DNA from: Hydrolagus colliei
Lineage: Eukaryota
DNA length: 64,000 nucleotides
Direction of reading: 5' to 3'
NCBI GenBank assembly: GCA_035084275.1
Contig: CM068748.1
Span: 2,914,001-2,978,000, forward strand
Shown here: piece by piece, positions 1 to 13,028 of the stretch
Numbering within the stretch: position 1 is the stretch's first letter
Layout of the letters: each line of letters opens with the position of its first letter
Notes under the pieces: model-generated
The model's database searches: none
What the model was told of the DNA's origin: nothing
What the model saw: the letters and a program-made list of their open reading frames with translations, nothing else
Position numbers and translations under genes: made by a program

Positions 1-390
1 TAATCGCTTGCAAATGGCATTAATCCATTTCAGTGGTATAGTGATAAGATTTTCGAATCAAAATCTGTTTCAGTGGAGGGGAAAAAAACTGCTTTTACTC
101 ATTAAATTGATGAGCAGCTGCATTTTCAACCAATGATTGCTTACAACATTTGTGTTGCCTAGATTAATGGCTGCTACATAACTCCTGTTGGCCTGCCCTA
201 CCAACCAGTCCTTATAAAGGATTGTTTCACATATGTTGGCAGTAGTATAGTTGCAGGAGCGTAAATCAGAGTTTTTACCAATAAAGATGATGAGACAAAC
301 ATTCAAGATGCATAGGGTGTTTGTGTACATTGTCGTATGGGTTGCACACAGTTGCACAGTACTTTTCATAGAGACAAAGTTGGTAAAATG

Positions 391-722
391 GTACTCCTGT
401 GGCTTAGTGGTTAGAGCACTTGTCTTGCAAGCTGGGGAGACCAAGCTGGGGAAACCTGTGTTCGAATCCAGGCAGGTCAGGGCGAAACCTGGGGCAAGTT
501 TCCTTACTCCACACGCCTAATAATAATCCGTCCAAAAAAAACCACAATAATAAAATTGGTCATTCACTCCATGACTGTTGGTGGGACACTGCTGTGCGCA
601 ATTGGCTGCTGCGATTCGCCCACAAATATACAGTCAATTCACTTTACAGTATATTCTGTGAAGCACTTTGGGACGTCGATAAGATGTGAAAAGCGCTATA
701 TCAAATGCAAGTATTATTATTA
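391..722 (+). mobile_element. young tRNA-derived SINE, full length
   Basis: Pol III A box (ggcttagtggttagagc) and B box (gttcgaatcc), the body shared with other copies, and a tail ending aaagcgctatatcaaatgcaag(tat)n. Confidence 0.9.
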
Positions 723-917
723 CTCTTCATAAGAGCTGTGTATTTGTGGTTCAGGAAAGGAATTTCAGAATGTCATATGACTTTAATTCATTTATAATTA
801 CGTGAATATATGTGCTTGTGCATTCAGTGCATTGGGAAAATTCCCCCACCCCCTGACATGAAAGGCGCTATACAAATGTAATTTTGTTGTTGTTTGTTGT
901 AGTCCAAAGCATATAAT

Positions 918-1220
918 AATAATAATAATCCTTGCATTTGATATAGTGCTTTTCACGTCTTCTAGATGTCTCAAAGCTTTTCAGAATATACAGCAAAGTG
1001 AATTGACTGTAAATGGGTAAAACGCGGCAATCAGTTGTACACAGCAGTGTGTCACAAATAGTCGTGGATTGAAATGACCAATGTAAAACATTTTTTTAAT
1101 GGATTATTAGCAGGTGCCTGTAGTAAGGAAACGTGCCCAAGCTTTCGTCCTGCCTGGAATCGAATCCAGGTTTCTCGCTTGTAAAGCAAGTGCTCTAACC
1201 ATTCAGCTACATCCACTCCA
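918..1220 (-). mobile_element. young tRNA-derived SINE, full length
   Basis: Reverse complement of the same family, from the (aat)n tail to the tRNA head. Confidence 0.9.
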
Positions 1221-1494
1221 TATCCTTTGAACTCCATATTTACCTCCCAACAATTTTCCTGACATCATGAAAGATCCATGGGCAAAAAAAAATGAAGTTG
1301 TAGCTTTTGCATTTGGAACTTGCTGTTCTTTGTATTCTGCCCGCAAAGAGGTTGTAATCCCAAACTCCAGTAGCCTCAAGGAAACTTTAGAACTGCTTCT
1401 GAAATGTCTGTAAGCTAAGAATCCATTTAACTTTTGATAAAATCAGACTAGTTCATATTACTAGCTAATATAGCTTTTGCCTTGTACACCACTT

Positions 1495-1770
1495 AATAAT
1501 AATAATCCTTCATTTGATGTAGCGCTTTTCACATTTTATCGACGCCTCAAAGCGCTTCATAGAATATTCTGTAAAGTGAATTGACTGTATATTTGTTGGC
1601 GAAACGTGGCAGCCAATTGCGCATAGTAGTGTCCCATAAACAGTTGTGGATTGAAATGACCAATTTTTATTATTGTGTTTGTTTTGGAGGGATTATTATT
1701 AGGTGTGTGGAGTAAGGAAATTTTCCCAAGGTTTCGCCCTGATCTGACTGGATTCAAACACAGATCTTGT
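1495..1770 (-). mobile_element. young SINE, head truncated
   Basis: Same family; similarity stops after the B box. Confidence 0.88.
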
Positions 1771-2862
1771 AATTCTCAAGAAAAATCATATGAGTTTCTG
1801 AGATTACTCTTTAATTTATTTTCCAGGATACTTTGCAATTTGCAGTCGGTAAATCTTTCTTGATCTGGAAGGCAAACAGCACTAAAATCATATTGCTGGT
1901 GTTTAGAGGTACAAGCACATTTGGCAATATCTATTGATCGTACAACTTCTGTTATCTCTGGAGATGGATTAAAACCTCCACTTGAGCACTCCAGAGCAGG
2001 TTCCCATCATTTCTCAGGTCCAAAGCCTTCTGACCCAGAGAGAGTTTACAAAGCACATCTTACAGTTTATAATTTTTTTTATCTATAACTAAGAATTTCA
2101 GCTCATGATCATGTTAAATTGAAACTGCATAATTTTCCTCCTGGTGATTTAAGAAATGGGCATCATTGTTTCGCATCAGCAGAATAAAATGTTGTTTTAG
2201 TAATATCTGGATAATTCTGTATTATAAGTTTATATTTCAAATTCTGTTCAAACTCCAATCTAATATTAATATTCTGAAAAGTGGGGACTGCTGTTAGAGG
2301 CTCCAATATATGAAATACTTTGGAAGAAAAAAAACTTGGTCAGTGCTGCAATGTATTGCCAAATAAAGGCGTTTTTCCTTTCTAGTGTTACTCTTCTATA
2401 ACAGACTTCAGTGAGGCATACTATTTAACTATTTACTACAGAGAATTAAAGAGTAAACCAAGAAAAAATTTTTAAGTACAGAGTCCATTGGTTGCTAAAC
2501 TCCTTTCATTAGTGCCAAGTTTAAAATTCTATGCTGAATTATAATGCAGCATCTTTATTCGGTCTGTTATTCTAAATTAAAAAAAAGTCAATCACTTTAT
2601 ACGTGAACTGTACAAAAATAACCAGTTAAATCAAGAGAGCACCTATAAGCAAGATAAAATTACCTGCAGTGTGCTCGATGAGCATCCTCTGAGAATCTGG
2701 GTATGTGCTTACCATTTTGTGAAACTATTTTTGCAGTAAGCAGGTCTTAAATGTTTTTTACTCAGTCTGGTTCCACAATCGCATCTTGTTTAACAAACTG
2801 ATTCTATTAAATTTATATACCAAGATTCATATAGGTAACTGAACATGCTTTCTATCCCACAG

Positions 2863-3050
2863 GAGTTGTAGAAGGTGATCTAGCTGCAGTAGAAGCCTAC
2901 AAGTCGTCTGGAAGTGACATTGCTCGACAGTTAACTGCGGATGAAGTGCGTCTGTTGAATCGTCCTTCAGCTTTTGACGTGGGGTACACCCTAGTACACC
3001 TTGCTATACGCTTTCAGAGGCAAGATATGCTGGCAGTTTTGTTAACTGAG
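2863..3050 (+). CDS. ZRANB1: ZRANB1/TRABID internal coding exon (AnkUBD region)
   Basis: cag|GA acceptor and GAG|gtgagt donor. Hand translation gives (G)VVEGDLAAVEAYKSSGSDIARQLTADEVRLLNRPSAFDVGYTLVHLAIRFQRQDMLAVLLTE, matching vertebrate TRABID. Not in the ORF track. Confidence 0.95.
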
Positions 3051-4554
3051 GTGAGTTAAGTGTTCCGTCACAGTTTTTTCAATTGCCATTTAGCAAAGTT
3101 GGTGTCCTATGAAATCTGGAAATCTACAGCAAGTCATTTCACCAATTTCATTTGGGATTTAGGGATTCTAGTCACTGAATTATAACTTAGCTTTGCTGTG
3201 GTTATATTTGGTTAGCTGTGGTCAGTCATCTCCCCTCCCACCCTCTTTAATCAACCCCCAGGTTGAGTACAAACTCTCAACTCTCCAGTGTCTTCGAACA
3301 TCCTCCAGACATGAGAGGCGGTATATAAATGCAGTTTGTTGTGAAAACATGAATTTATAGAAGCCATCCACACTATTTGGGGATTTAAAAGAATTTTTAA
3401 TTAAGTAATTCACTTTGAAAGGAAGTGGTTGATCGTTAATGCCATTACTTGTTTGTTTGTACTTTTATTTCCTGAAATTGCATTGCTCTGTCACAATTAC
3501 GTCATTTTTGAGAAATGTTTAAATGTGTGCTGTTCAAGGTGAAAGTGCCCTTTCCAGAAAGTGGGAAATCTTCCATTTTGGTCAGTGTCAACATCAAATG
3601 CTTTCTGGTTTGCCTCCAGCTACACGATTCCAACAATGCACCTTACCTCCAAACCTCATCTACCTAAACCAGTGTGACATTTTCATTTCCCACGCAGTCA
3701 TCCTTATGGCATATCTGAGTTGGAAGACCAGCGCTACACTGACATTTTGAGCCTTAGATTTATACACACTGGAGAACAGATTGGCTAAATCAAATTCCTT
3801 TCACTGAAGGCTATTTATACCCTGGCTTTCTCTGCTGCATTTAAATGAAGGCTCCAAGTGCAAAATACACTCTCTATGCTGGCATGGGGTACCAGAATGT
3901 GACTTTCTTCAACTTTATAACACTTGAAAATGTTTGATGAGATTCCAAGAAATTAAACCAGTTAAATTTTCTTTCTTTTAAAAAAAAATGCAGATTAACC
4001 TTTTACATTGTTATTCAATGTTGTTCATTTGAATCCCGCTGATCAGCTGCTTTGCCAGGAAACAGTTAAGTATGGATCGAATCTCCAGCATATTTGTCAA
4101 ACAGATTAACTCAAAACCCCCAAAAATTAATCTCAGGAGTTTGATAGTTGCCATTTAATTATTTCAAATACAGTTAATTCCAGGTTGTTTCCTTCTTCCC
4201 ACATCAAGCAACAGTCTTTGTTTATATCCAGCAGTTTTCATAAAAAGGCTGTGAAATATATTTTTTTTGTGAAGTAAATACCTTTCTGTCTGAAATAAAT
4301 CAGATAAAGCTTTCTCCTGTTAGCCTGGAGGCATAGCACCCCCAGAACTGATCAAAGATCTATCAACTCTGCCCAAGCAGTAATAACCTCAGGAGAGTAG
4401 TCCCTACAGCATTAATGTTTTTTTTCCACTCTACAGCAATCATTCTGTGACTTCTCTGGGCGAGATTGCCAAATTAAAAGCTTTGTGTTGTGATCCTGTG
4501 TCCATTGAGAATGAATTTTGAACAGGAATTTTATAACCAAACCTAGATTATTTT

Positions 4555-4890
4555 ATTAATAATAAGATAATAATCATTGCATTTGATATAGTGTCTCACA
4601 TTGGGAGAATATCTCAGTGCTTCAAAGGATTTATTGTTAAGTACAGTGACTGTATATTGTATGTGTATACGGCAGCCAATTTGTACACAGCGATATCTGT
4701 AAAGTGGATTACCAATTTAATCTGAAGGGTTGTTGGCCAAGTCACTGGCGAAAAATGTCTTCTCTTTCTGAGTAGTGCTATGGGAACTTCAACATCCACC
4801 TGAACAGGCAGACGTGGCTTAATTTAATGTCTCATCCAAAAGACCACAAGTCTTACAATGCCATGACTGCATTAGAGTGTTAGCCTAGAA
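4555..4890 (-). mobile_element. older Deu-domain SINE (SacSINE1-like), partial
   Basis: tagtgctatgggaacttcaacatccacctgaacaggcagac...aatgtctcatccaaaagac resembles the recalled Deu-domain consensus and other copies in the window. Confidence 0.7.
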
Positions 4891-6043
4891 GATATAACTA
4901 ATCCCATCATTCAAGGCTGGATTCAAACTTTAAGAAAAAGTACACAAAAGTAATTGCTGTTTTAGTTCCTAACTGATATTTTTATATCTTGTGTTATGTT
5001 TTTTTTCTCTAACCTCCGCTCCCACCCCGGCTGCTCTGATAACTTGGCAAAATGTGTATTCTTCAAATGTGACCTTAGATCAAGAATGCTTGCAGACTAT
5101 TTGTCCCACAGCGATAGCTGACATACACACAAAACAGTCACCCAATCCTTCACTAAGGGTTCCTGGGAACTGATAAGGAGTGGAAACATTGGATTTTTAA
5201 AATTCCCGTTCTCTTCTCCGTTCTCCCCTCAACTGTAGTGCTCCAACTGTAATTCTGGTTGAGTTATTAGACTTTATTCTTTGCTTAAATAGCAGGACTC
5301 GAAACAGACCAATACTGCCAACAGGATATATACCGTGAATAGAATAAATTGGCTTTACAGTATAAATTACATGCTTATCTGACTTAGAAACAATTTCATT
5401 TCACAACAGCAACATCTCTCACTAACTACAAACTTGACCCAAGAAATGATTTGAGGGTTATTTTGCCAAGTTTGTACTTCTTTCTCCTGATTCTCCTATT
5501 CTGCTTACCCACCCAACATGTGCTAACCTTTACAGCAGTATGATTCCACAGCTGTTAGTATTATAGCCTTGTGTTTATTCTTCCATGTGACTAGACCATA
5601 TTTATGTTATTAATTTTTATTGGAACGCTACAAGACTTTGATCAATTTAAAATAATTTTTTTGGAGCCTATGTATAAGGTGACCCTGTCAGAATACTGTG
5701 GTCTGGGTCCATAAGCGTCCCTGGTTTAAAATTCAACTGTGAAAAAAGGGCAACCATCCCGGTTGTCAGATTACTGACATTAGAAGCCCCGGTAACATCT
5801 CTTACCAGAACCTCCCCTGGCTGCTTGGTATATGTGACTTCTGGTTCATAGTACATCTGGGTCCCAAGCAGACTCATGCCAAACCAAGGCTCTTTATAAC
5901 AACGTTACTCTGTATCCTGTTTCTCTGTGGCCAATCCACATTCTGAATATGAAAACTAGATTGGTGCATTGACTTTGGTGTAAAAGCTGCGTTCATCAAT
6001 TTATCACCCTGGAAATGTGTATTAACATGACGTTTTCCTCCAG

Positions 6044-6197
6044 GTGTCTCAGCAAGCTGCCAAGTGTATACCTGCTATGGTGTGTCCAGAGCTTACGGAA
6101 CAGATACGCCGTGAGATAGGGGCATCCCTCCATCAGCGAAAGGGAGACTTTGCCTGTTATTTCCTCACTGATCTGGTGACATTCACATTACCTGCAG
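6044..6197 (+). CDS. ZRANB1: ZRANB1 coding exon
   Basis: cag|GTG to CAG|gtac. Encodes VSQQAAKCIPAMVCPELTEQIRREIGASLHQRKGDFACYFLTDLVTFTLPA. Confidence 0.96.
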
Positions 6198-6736
6198 GTA
6201 CTAAAACTTCACAAAACTCTGCTACGTTTATTTGTATATGGGGTTGGACTACAGTGTTTTTTTAATCAAAACTAGGATATTGGACTGGTTGGTGTCCAGT
6301 AATAACATTTTTATATTCTGTTTATGTAATTCAGTTAACTGTTACTTGAAGACATTCTTAATTGTCATCCGATTGTAATTGATTATTGACCATCAATCTG
6401 TAATTTCTGGCAATTTTTCTCATAGTTCAGAATAGTTTAATTCTCAAAGCATGGTGATGGACTCTTTAAGAATGACGATTATGTTTGAGTAATCTTATCT
6501 ACATGTATTATTGTAACGTCCCTGACTAAATCTGACCATTCTGTAATGCGATTGTCTATCTTATTTAAAATGAGAATGTGATCTAAAATGGATTAATGTC
6601 TTTAGAGAGAGGTCACTCAAGTTGAATAGCTGCCTAATTAAAGAAGCAAATGAATGAAGATGGCATAGTTACGTGACGTTTGTATAGGTGAAAAGTGCAG
6701 CATATTTAAAGATCTAGGTTACAGATAATGTATCAT

Positions 6737-7066
6737 GGAGCTCCTGTAGCTCAGTGATTAGAGCACTCGCCTTACAAGCATGAGACTTGTGTTTGAATCC
6801 AGGCAGATCAGGGTGAAATCTTGGGCAAGTTTCCTTACTCCACACGCCCAATAATAATCCGTCCAAAAACAAACACAATAATAAAATTGGTCATTTCCAT
6901 CCACGACTGTATGTGGGACACTGCTGTGCGCAGTTGGCTGCCGCATTTCACTCACAAATATACTGTCAATTCACTTTACAGTATATTCTGTGAAGTGCTT
7001 TGAGACATCGATAAAATGTAAAAAGCGCTATATCAAATGCAAGGATTATTTATTTATTTATTATAT
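6737..7066 (+). mobile_element. young tRNA-derived SINE, full length
   Basis: ggagctcctgtagctcagtgattagagcactcgccttacaag...aaatgcaaggattatt. Confidence 0.92.
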
Positions 7067-8748
7067 TAGTCAGAACTGTGTGTATATGTATATAATCACA
7101 TTCCTTGATTTTAATACTTAATTTTAAAGAGAAAAGTAAGTGAAAGTATAAGAAATAGTATTAGGCTTGAAACTAGATACTTTTCGGACTAATTTTTCAC
7201 ACATTCTAAAGGATTATACAGCATGATTGAAATCTTAGTGATGTGCTGAGCAATTTTTGAGAAACTTTCAATATAATTTGATTTCTCAAATATTGACAGA
7301 GCAGCCATTTTTAAATTGGGCTTTCCAGCTTCTGAGCTTTTAAGCTATTGTAATGTCATTTTTGTGGTAACCCAATAACTTGCATGTCTGAACCTGTGAC
7401 GGAGTAGGTTCTGCTGGCGGAAACTGTGAAGAGTAAATCTTTCAGCAGTTAAATGATTTGGGCCAGCATAAATTTATTTTAGTATAGCAATTGCCTTGAC
7501 TAGACAGCTCATGAATCATACCGTTTTGATGATTTATCATGTTCTATTGGATTAATAAGAACACATAAGAATTAGGGTTTTCTGTTTAAGCTTGGATTGT
7601 ACATGCATTATAGATCTGTCCAATTTAAATTCTCAGTAGAAATGCATTTTTGTGTGTGTGTTTTAAGACAATAGATTTATAAACTAAAAACTGAAATCTG
7701 ATTCACTGGTAAAATGTTAGCACAACCTTTGTCCTTAGTACTTTAGGGAAAGTGATTCTTAAAAGGGATAAAATAAAGTGTTTGACTATTTGTAGCTTGC
7801 CAATCTTTCTTGCTCAAAGGGGATCATTATTGAAAGAGTAATGTAGCATTGAAGTTTGAGCAAAACGCCTTTTAAAAAGCTGCATCTGTACAAATACTTT
7901 CGGTAGTGTGAAGATGGAATTGCAGTGATCGGTGATTCAGTTGGTAATGTGGTAAAGTTGTTAGATGCCAAGTACTGGTAGGCAGATGGGGGATGCAAAG
8001 GCCATTCCTTACAGTAAAGGCTGTAAGAAATGGTGCATAGCTCAGTCGGGAAATTTGCATAACTACATGTGTCAATCGCACTGGTCCTGAAATCATAACC
8101 TCCAGGTGGTATCAGGAGATGGACTCCAGCATGATTTGTGCTGGTATAACCAGCATTTATAGCACATTTTTTTATAATGGATTTGCTGCATAAAATTTCA
8201 GCAGTTGACCAAATGTGAGTCATAAGCGACAGCACCTGTCTGGGCATGATTAAAATAGAATTTTTAAAAATGCACCTGGAAGCTGAAATATTTCTGCAAA
8301 CATTTGCTTTGGAAAATAGATGATAACGGTAAATTATATCAGAAATTGTAGAATCTCAGAGACTCGATTAGTACAACAAGCTATTATAATTTCTTTACAA
8401 TTGGGGAAATAGGTTTGACTAATTAAACTAGAGAAGACTGTAAACTAATGTGATTTTTAATTGACAATACTGTAAATCGTGTGGTACAGGATCCAGAATA
8501 GCTAGTGAATTGTACACAGAGGCCAATGGCAGCAGACTAGTACTAATAGATGGACATATTAATTGATCAATTTTATAACAAATTAGTTTCCAATAAGAGA
8601 AAGTAGAAGGGGATAATAATTCCAACTCCGATTAGCAGTCCTTCACTTGATAGCACAGTTTATTCCAAAATGAAAAATTTCCTTCATGTTCTGATTTTTC
8701 TTGGTCAAAAGCAAATTGTATTTTATTTTCTGTATTCATCTATTGCAG

Positions 8749-8820
8749 ACATTGAGGACCTGCCACCATCAGTCCAGGAAAAACTGTTTGATGAGGTGCT
8801 TGATAGGGATGTACAGAAAG
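8749..8820 (+). CDS. ZRANB1: ZRANB1 coding exon (72 nt)
   Basis: cag|AC to AAAG|gtcag. Encodes DIEDLPPSVQEKLFDEVLDRDVQK; phase fits neighbouring exons. Confidence 0.95.
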
Positions 8821-8971
8821 GTCAGCTGTTTAAGATCATCTCATGTTTTTTCTGATTCTCTAGTGGTTTAGAATTGTTATGAATTACAGCTGCAGTAGAA
8901 TTCTCTCACTTTACTTCTGATCTGTTTGCTCAAACAGAGTATTTCTTCTCTGTAAAGGACCTACAGTTTGT

Positions 8972-9272
8972 GGAGTGCTATAGCACATTGGTTAGAGCGC
9001 TTGCCTTACAGGTGAGAGACCTGGGTTCGATTCCAGGCAGGGCAAAACCTTGGGCAAGTTTCCTTACTCCACACACCTGATAATAATCCCCCCCAAAAAA
9101 AAAAAAAGATTAATTGGTCACTTCAATCCATGATTGTTTGTGGAACACTGCAATGCGCAATTCGCTGCCACATTTTGCCCACGTGTGTACAGTCAATTCA
9201 CTTTACAGTATATTCTGTGAAGCACTTTGAGACTTCTAGAAGACGTGAAAAGCACTATATCAAATGCAAGTT
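8972..9272 (+). mobile_element. young tRNA-derived SINE, full length
   Basis: Head with B box gggttcgattcc, plus body and tail of the same family. Confidence 0.9.
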
Positions 9273-9785
9273 ATAGTTAAAAAAGATATGTTTAGTGAAG
9301 TGAGTCGAGACTGTCCAGTGAATGGGTGCCCACAGCCCACATCAACTCCCAATTTGCCTCTTGAGTTTCTAATTTAATTTGGAAAATGGAGGCATGAGGG
9401 AGATGATTTCACAGATGAGCTCTACTTTATGAAATTGATGGTGAGACTGTCCTTAAACACTCCACTTCCTGTTTCACTAGTAGTCTGCAAAACATTGCTT
9501 TTATTTTAATGAGTATGTATTCTACGGTTGGTAGTTTGCAACACATTAATAGTTTGCCTTCTACATTCCACAGTATTAAATACACATTCTATAAATGAAA
9601 AATGTTTTGTGTGGTTATACTTCCTTTGTACGTTTTGTTTGCTTAAAAAGGAACTTGACCTAAGAGGAAGACTCGTTGACACTAATGCATTGAACCCGAA
9701 TAATGGAGTAATCCTGGAAGTCTTTATTTAAGGTGGGAGAAGTACTTTGATCATTTAATTTTTCTTTTCGCTTTCTCAACTGTAG

Positions 9786-9984
9786 AATTGGAAGAGGAAT
9801 CGCCTATTATAAACTGGTCCTTGGAACTAGGAAGTCGCCTGGATAGTAGGCTCTATGCACTGTGGAACCGCACAGCAGGCGATTGTCTGCTTGATTCGGT
9901 GCTACAGGCAACATGGGGCATTTATGACAAAGATTCAGTTCTGCGGAAGGCTCTTCATGACAGCTTGCATGATTGCTCACATTG
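9786..9984 (+). CDS. ZRANB1: ZRANB1 coding exon with OTU catalytic Cys motif
   Basis: tag|AA to TG|gtacg. Encodes ELEEESPIINWSLELGSRLDSRLYALWNRTAGDCLLDSVLQATWGIYDKDSVLRKALHDSLHDCSH; GDCLL is the A20-family OTU Cys loop. Confidence 0.97.
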
Positions 9985-10197
9985 GTACGACTTTCAACTA
10001 CAAACATTTATTCTTGCAAGCTTCTAGAGCAATCTTTTGCTAGGCCCGAGCCTTTACAGTGCTGTCATACATAGTTTTTTTTTCCTGATTTCCTATTGAT
10101 TTTTAATCGATCAACAAATGTTCAACAGCAGCCGAACAACTAACTGTAATCTGTTCATTTAATTCTACTTACCACAATTTCTTTTCTCATCCGTTAG

Positions 10198-10318
10198 GTT
10201 TTATACACGTTGGAAGGAGTGGGAGTCGTGGTATTCCCAGAGCTTTGGTTTGCATTTTTCTTTGCGGGAGGAACAATGGCAGGAGGACTGGGCGTTCATC
10301 CTGTCCCTTGCAAGTCAG
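10198..10318 (+). CDS. ZRANB1: ZRANB1 coding exon
   Basis: tag|G to CAG|gtaaac. Encodes (W)FYTRWKEWESWYSQSFGLHFSLREEQWQEDWAFILSLASQ. The ORF track shows a different frame here. Confidence 0.95.
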
Positions 10319-11420
10319 GTAAACTGTTGACTTCTAGATCCAATTCAGTGAACAGGAATTTCCGGCGATCTGTAATTACAGTGACTGTTTCGGCATTTAA
10401 TGGCATTTTTGGCCCTGCCTTTTTTCAGTGCCAGTAAATGCTGGTAATTGTTTGACTTGCCAGCAGAAGATTGTGAATAAACTAGCATCTGCTCTCGGGA
10501 TTCAACCGAGTCAATGTCGATATCCCCGATCATTATAGGCAAATAAAGATGGTGATGCGGGGCAGCGCTAGGACAGGTGGGCCATCGAGAATCTACACCC
10601 GAGTCGGTGGAAATAATTTTTTAAAAAAAATTATGCTTTGGTATCGGTCCTGCAAGGTTTGAATTTGAGATACCTGGAGTCTGGTCACACTGGGGATTAT
10701 TGTAACTTTGTGTTCACTTATGAAAAATGTGGACAATTTGACTAATTTTCTGCAATGGAGTTTGATGCAGAGCATTGTTTTGTGTAAGGCAGCAGATATG
10801 ATCTTACCCATGAGCTCAACCTGTTCACAAGTTATTTTTGTTTGTGGTTGTTGGCTCAGGAATCCTACTTGGTGTGGGCAGATTCTTGATTCCACAGAGA
10901 GTAGGGGAATCAGTCTTAATACTTGGACTAAAATGAAAATCTATACCTACGTAAAACAAAACCATAGGGAATACTTTCTCATCTTATGTATCAAACAATT
11001 TAACATGATAATTTATTATTTTTATCGACACCTTTCTGCGGTTCTGAGTAACCGTGGCTGAAATCTTCAGGGAGTTTTTAAAGCTAGGGTGGTCAGTAGT
11101 CAGTTTTGTAGCTCGTCATAAATATTTACTATTTCAACTGTAAGATTTAGTTTGAACAAAAAAATTATGTTTTTGTTAGCATCTGGATATATGCAGCATA
11201 CTGTCCAGGACAGTGGAGAATTCAGCGATTAAAATGAACAGTTTAGAGATTGAATTTCTGGATTCACATGTGCTTGAAGCTGTATTGTCCTATCTGTGCT
11301 CTTATATTGATGTTGTATAGTGCTTTGTGGTAACTTGAGACTCATAGTAATGATTTCTCAGTGAAAGTGTAGACAATGGAGTAGTCTGAATGGAGTAAAT
11401 ACTGATGTTTCATTTTCAAA

Positions 11421-11712
11421 AAGCAGCAGCAAGTTACACTTGTATTGCGAGTTTCAGATTGGGAGGACGTTCCAAGGCGCTGAACAGTCAGGATTTGCAC
11501 CCGTGCAGGGGACTGGGATCAGAAGGGGTGGAGGGCAGGGAAGAGAGATGGTAACTGAGGCATAGTGAAAGAGGAGGGTCTTTAAATGTGCCTTGAAGGA
11601 GGCAAAGGAGGGTGCAAGGCTAAAGGACTGGAATGGAGTTCCATATGTTAGAGAGGCTGAAGGCTTAACCGCTGATAGTGGGGCTGGCCAAGCTGGGTAC
11701 CTGGAGCAGGCT
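11421..11712 (-). mobile_element. L2-clade LINE 3' fragment
   Basis: Residual ORF2 C-terminus (SFASFKAHLKTLLF) and the family tail ccttggaacgtcctccc. Confidence 0.8.
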
Positions 11713-12671
11713 GACTCATTATTGCTGTGCATTTGTTTCTTTGCTGATTTCAATCTAAATAGTTTGGATTTTGTTAATCGGTTTAATGTTTATATTGTTC
11801 AGGTTTCATTGGAAAGAATTGTAATTCAATTAAGAAATGCACCACTAACATTTTGTGGTTTCAAGGTTGATCTTTGCCTCCAATTTGCTGTTGGTGAGCC
11901 ACTTACTTCTATGAGCAGATTTTTGATTGCTATTTTTTTAGAAAAATGATTTGTTCAGTTAAATGTTAACTTGCTGTTTCCTTCTGACTATACCAAATAG
12001 AGATATTTAAGGGTGAAAGGGAAAAAGAAACCTTGTGGAGAACCTTCTTTGTTCAAAGTAGTCACAGTTTATGTACGAGTCAATCTTAGCTCCCTTGGAT
12101 TTCCCTTCTGCTTTGGATGGACTGTTCTGAAGGATGTCTGTGATTTAAAGAAGTCTTTGTATCATGCAGGGCTTCCATTTACCTCAGTGGGAATGGGCAG
12201 CTTTAGAAGGAGAATCTCAGGAAAGTGCAGCATTAACTGGGTAATGTTCCATAATCACTGGAGTGCTTTCGTGGGATTGATGAATCCCTGGCTGCCATTA
12301 GCCTTCCAAATAATTTAAACTGAACCCACTTTTTCTCTGGCTCCTTCTAGTCTATCCTTTTATCCTGTAATCACTCCTTATTTCCTGTAATCTATATTTC
12401 AGAGTAGATGATGGCAGTTTTTCTTTCACTTTGTTTCCTCTGTAATTAGTAGTCGTAGTAGGTGGTGACATCTTGAAGGGTATTCTATACAGTTGATGGG
12501 ACCAAGCCGACAGCTAATACAGATAGCTGACGCAGGCATAATGGGCCAAATGGTTGCCTTTTGTACTGGAAAATTGTTTGAGTTCTATGATACTGGCAGT
12601 ATCCTTTGTGAGCATCCCTGTATGATTACCATAATTGAACATGGAATATATTCAGTATGTTATTGGTAGTG

Positions 12672-13028
12672 AATAATGAATACTAATCCTTGCATTTGAT
12701 ATAGTGTCTTATTGCGTCTTTGAGACATTGCAAAGCGCTTCACAGAGTATACAGTGAAGTGAATTAACTGTAGTTCATGGGCGAAAAGCAGCAGCCAACT
12801 GCGCACAAACAGTTCAGATTGAAGTGACCCAATTTATTATTTTTTGTAAGGAATTATTACCCCTGGAAAAGCGATCCACCAATCATCTAACAACCGGGTT
12901 ACTACTTATTGCTTGGTAAACAGGCGTGTGTAGTAAGGAAACTTGCCCAACATTTCGCCCTGCCGGTAATCGAACCTAGGTCTCTCGCTTGCAAGGCATG
13001 TGCTTTCACCACTGAGCTACAGGGCTCC
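12672..13028 (-). mobile_element. young SINE, long variant with an extra ~62 bp
   Basis: Same head and tail as other copies, with extra sequence at 12860-12921. Confidence 0.88.

Noticed and set aside
420-689. Recurrent small ORFs such as ...WDTAVRNWL...YTVNSLYSIFCE (also 6821, 1557, 42569, 51054)
   Set aside because: These are chance translations of SINE copies, not a protein family.
7786-8247. 153-aa minus-strand ORF in a ZRANB1 intron (similarly 45226-45696 and 54850-55296)
   Set aside because: No recognisable domain or splice context; the length is compatible with chance in 64 kb over six frames.
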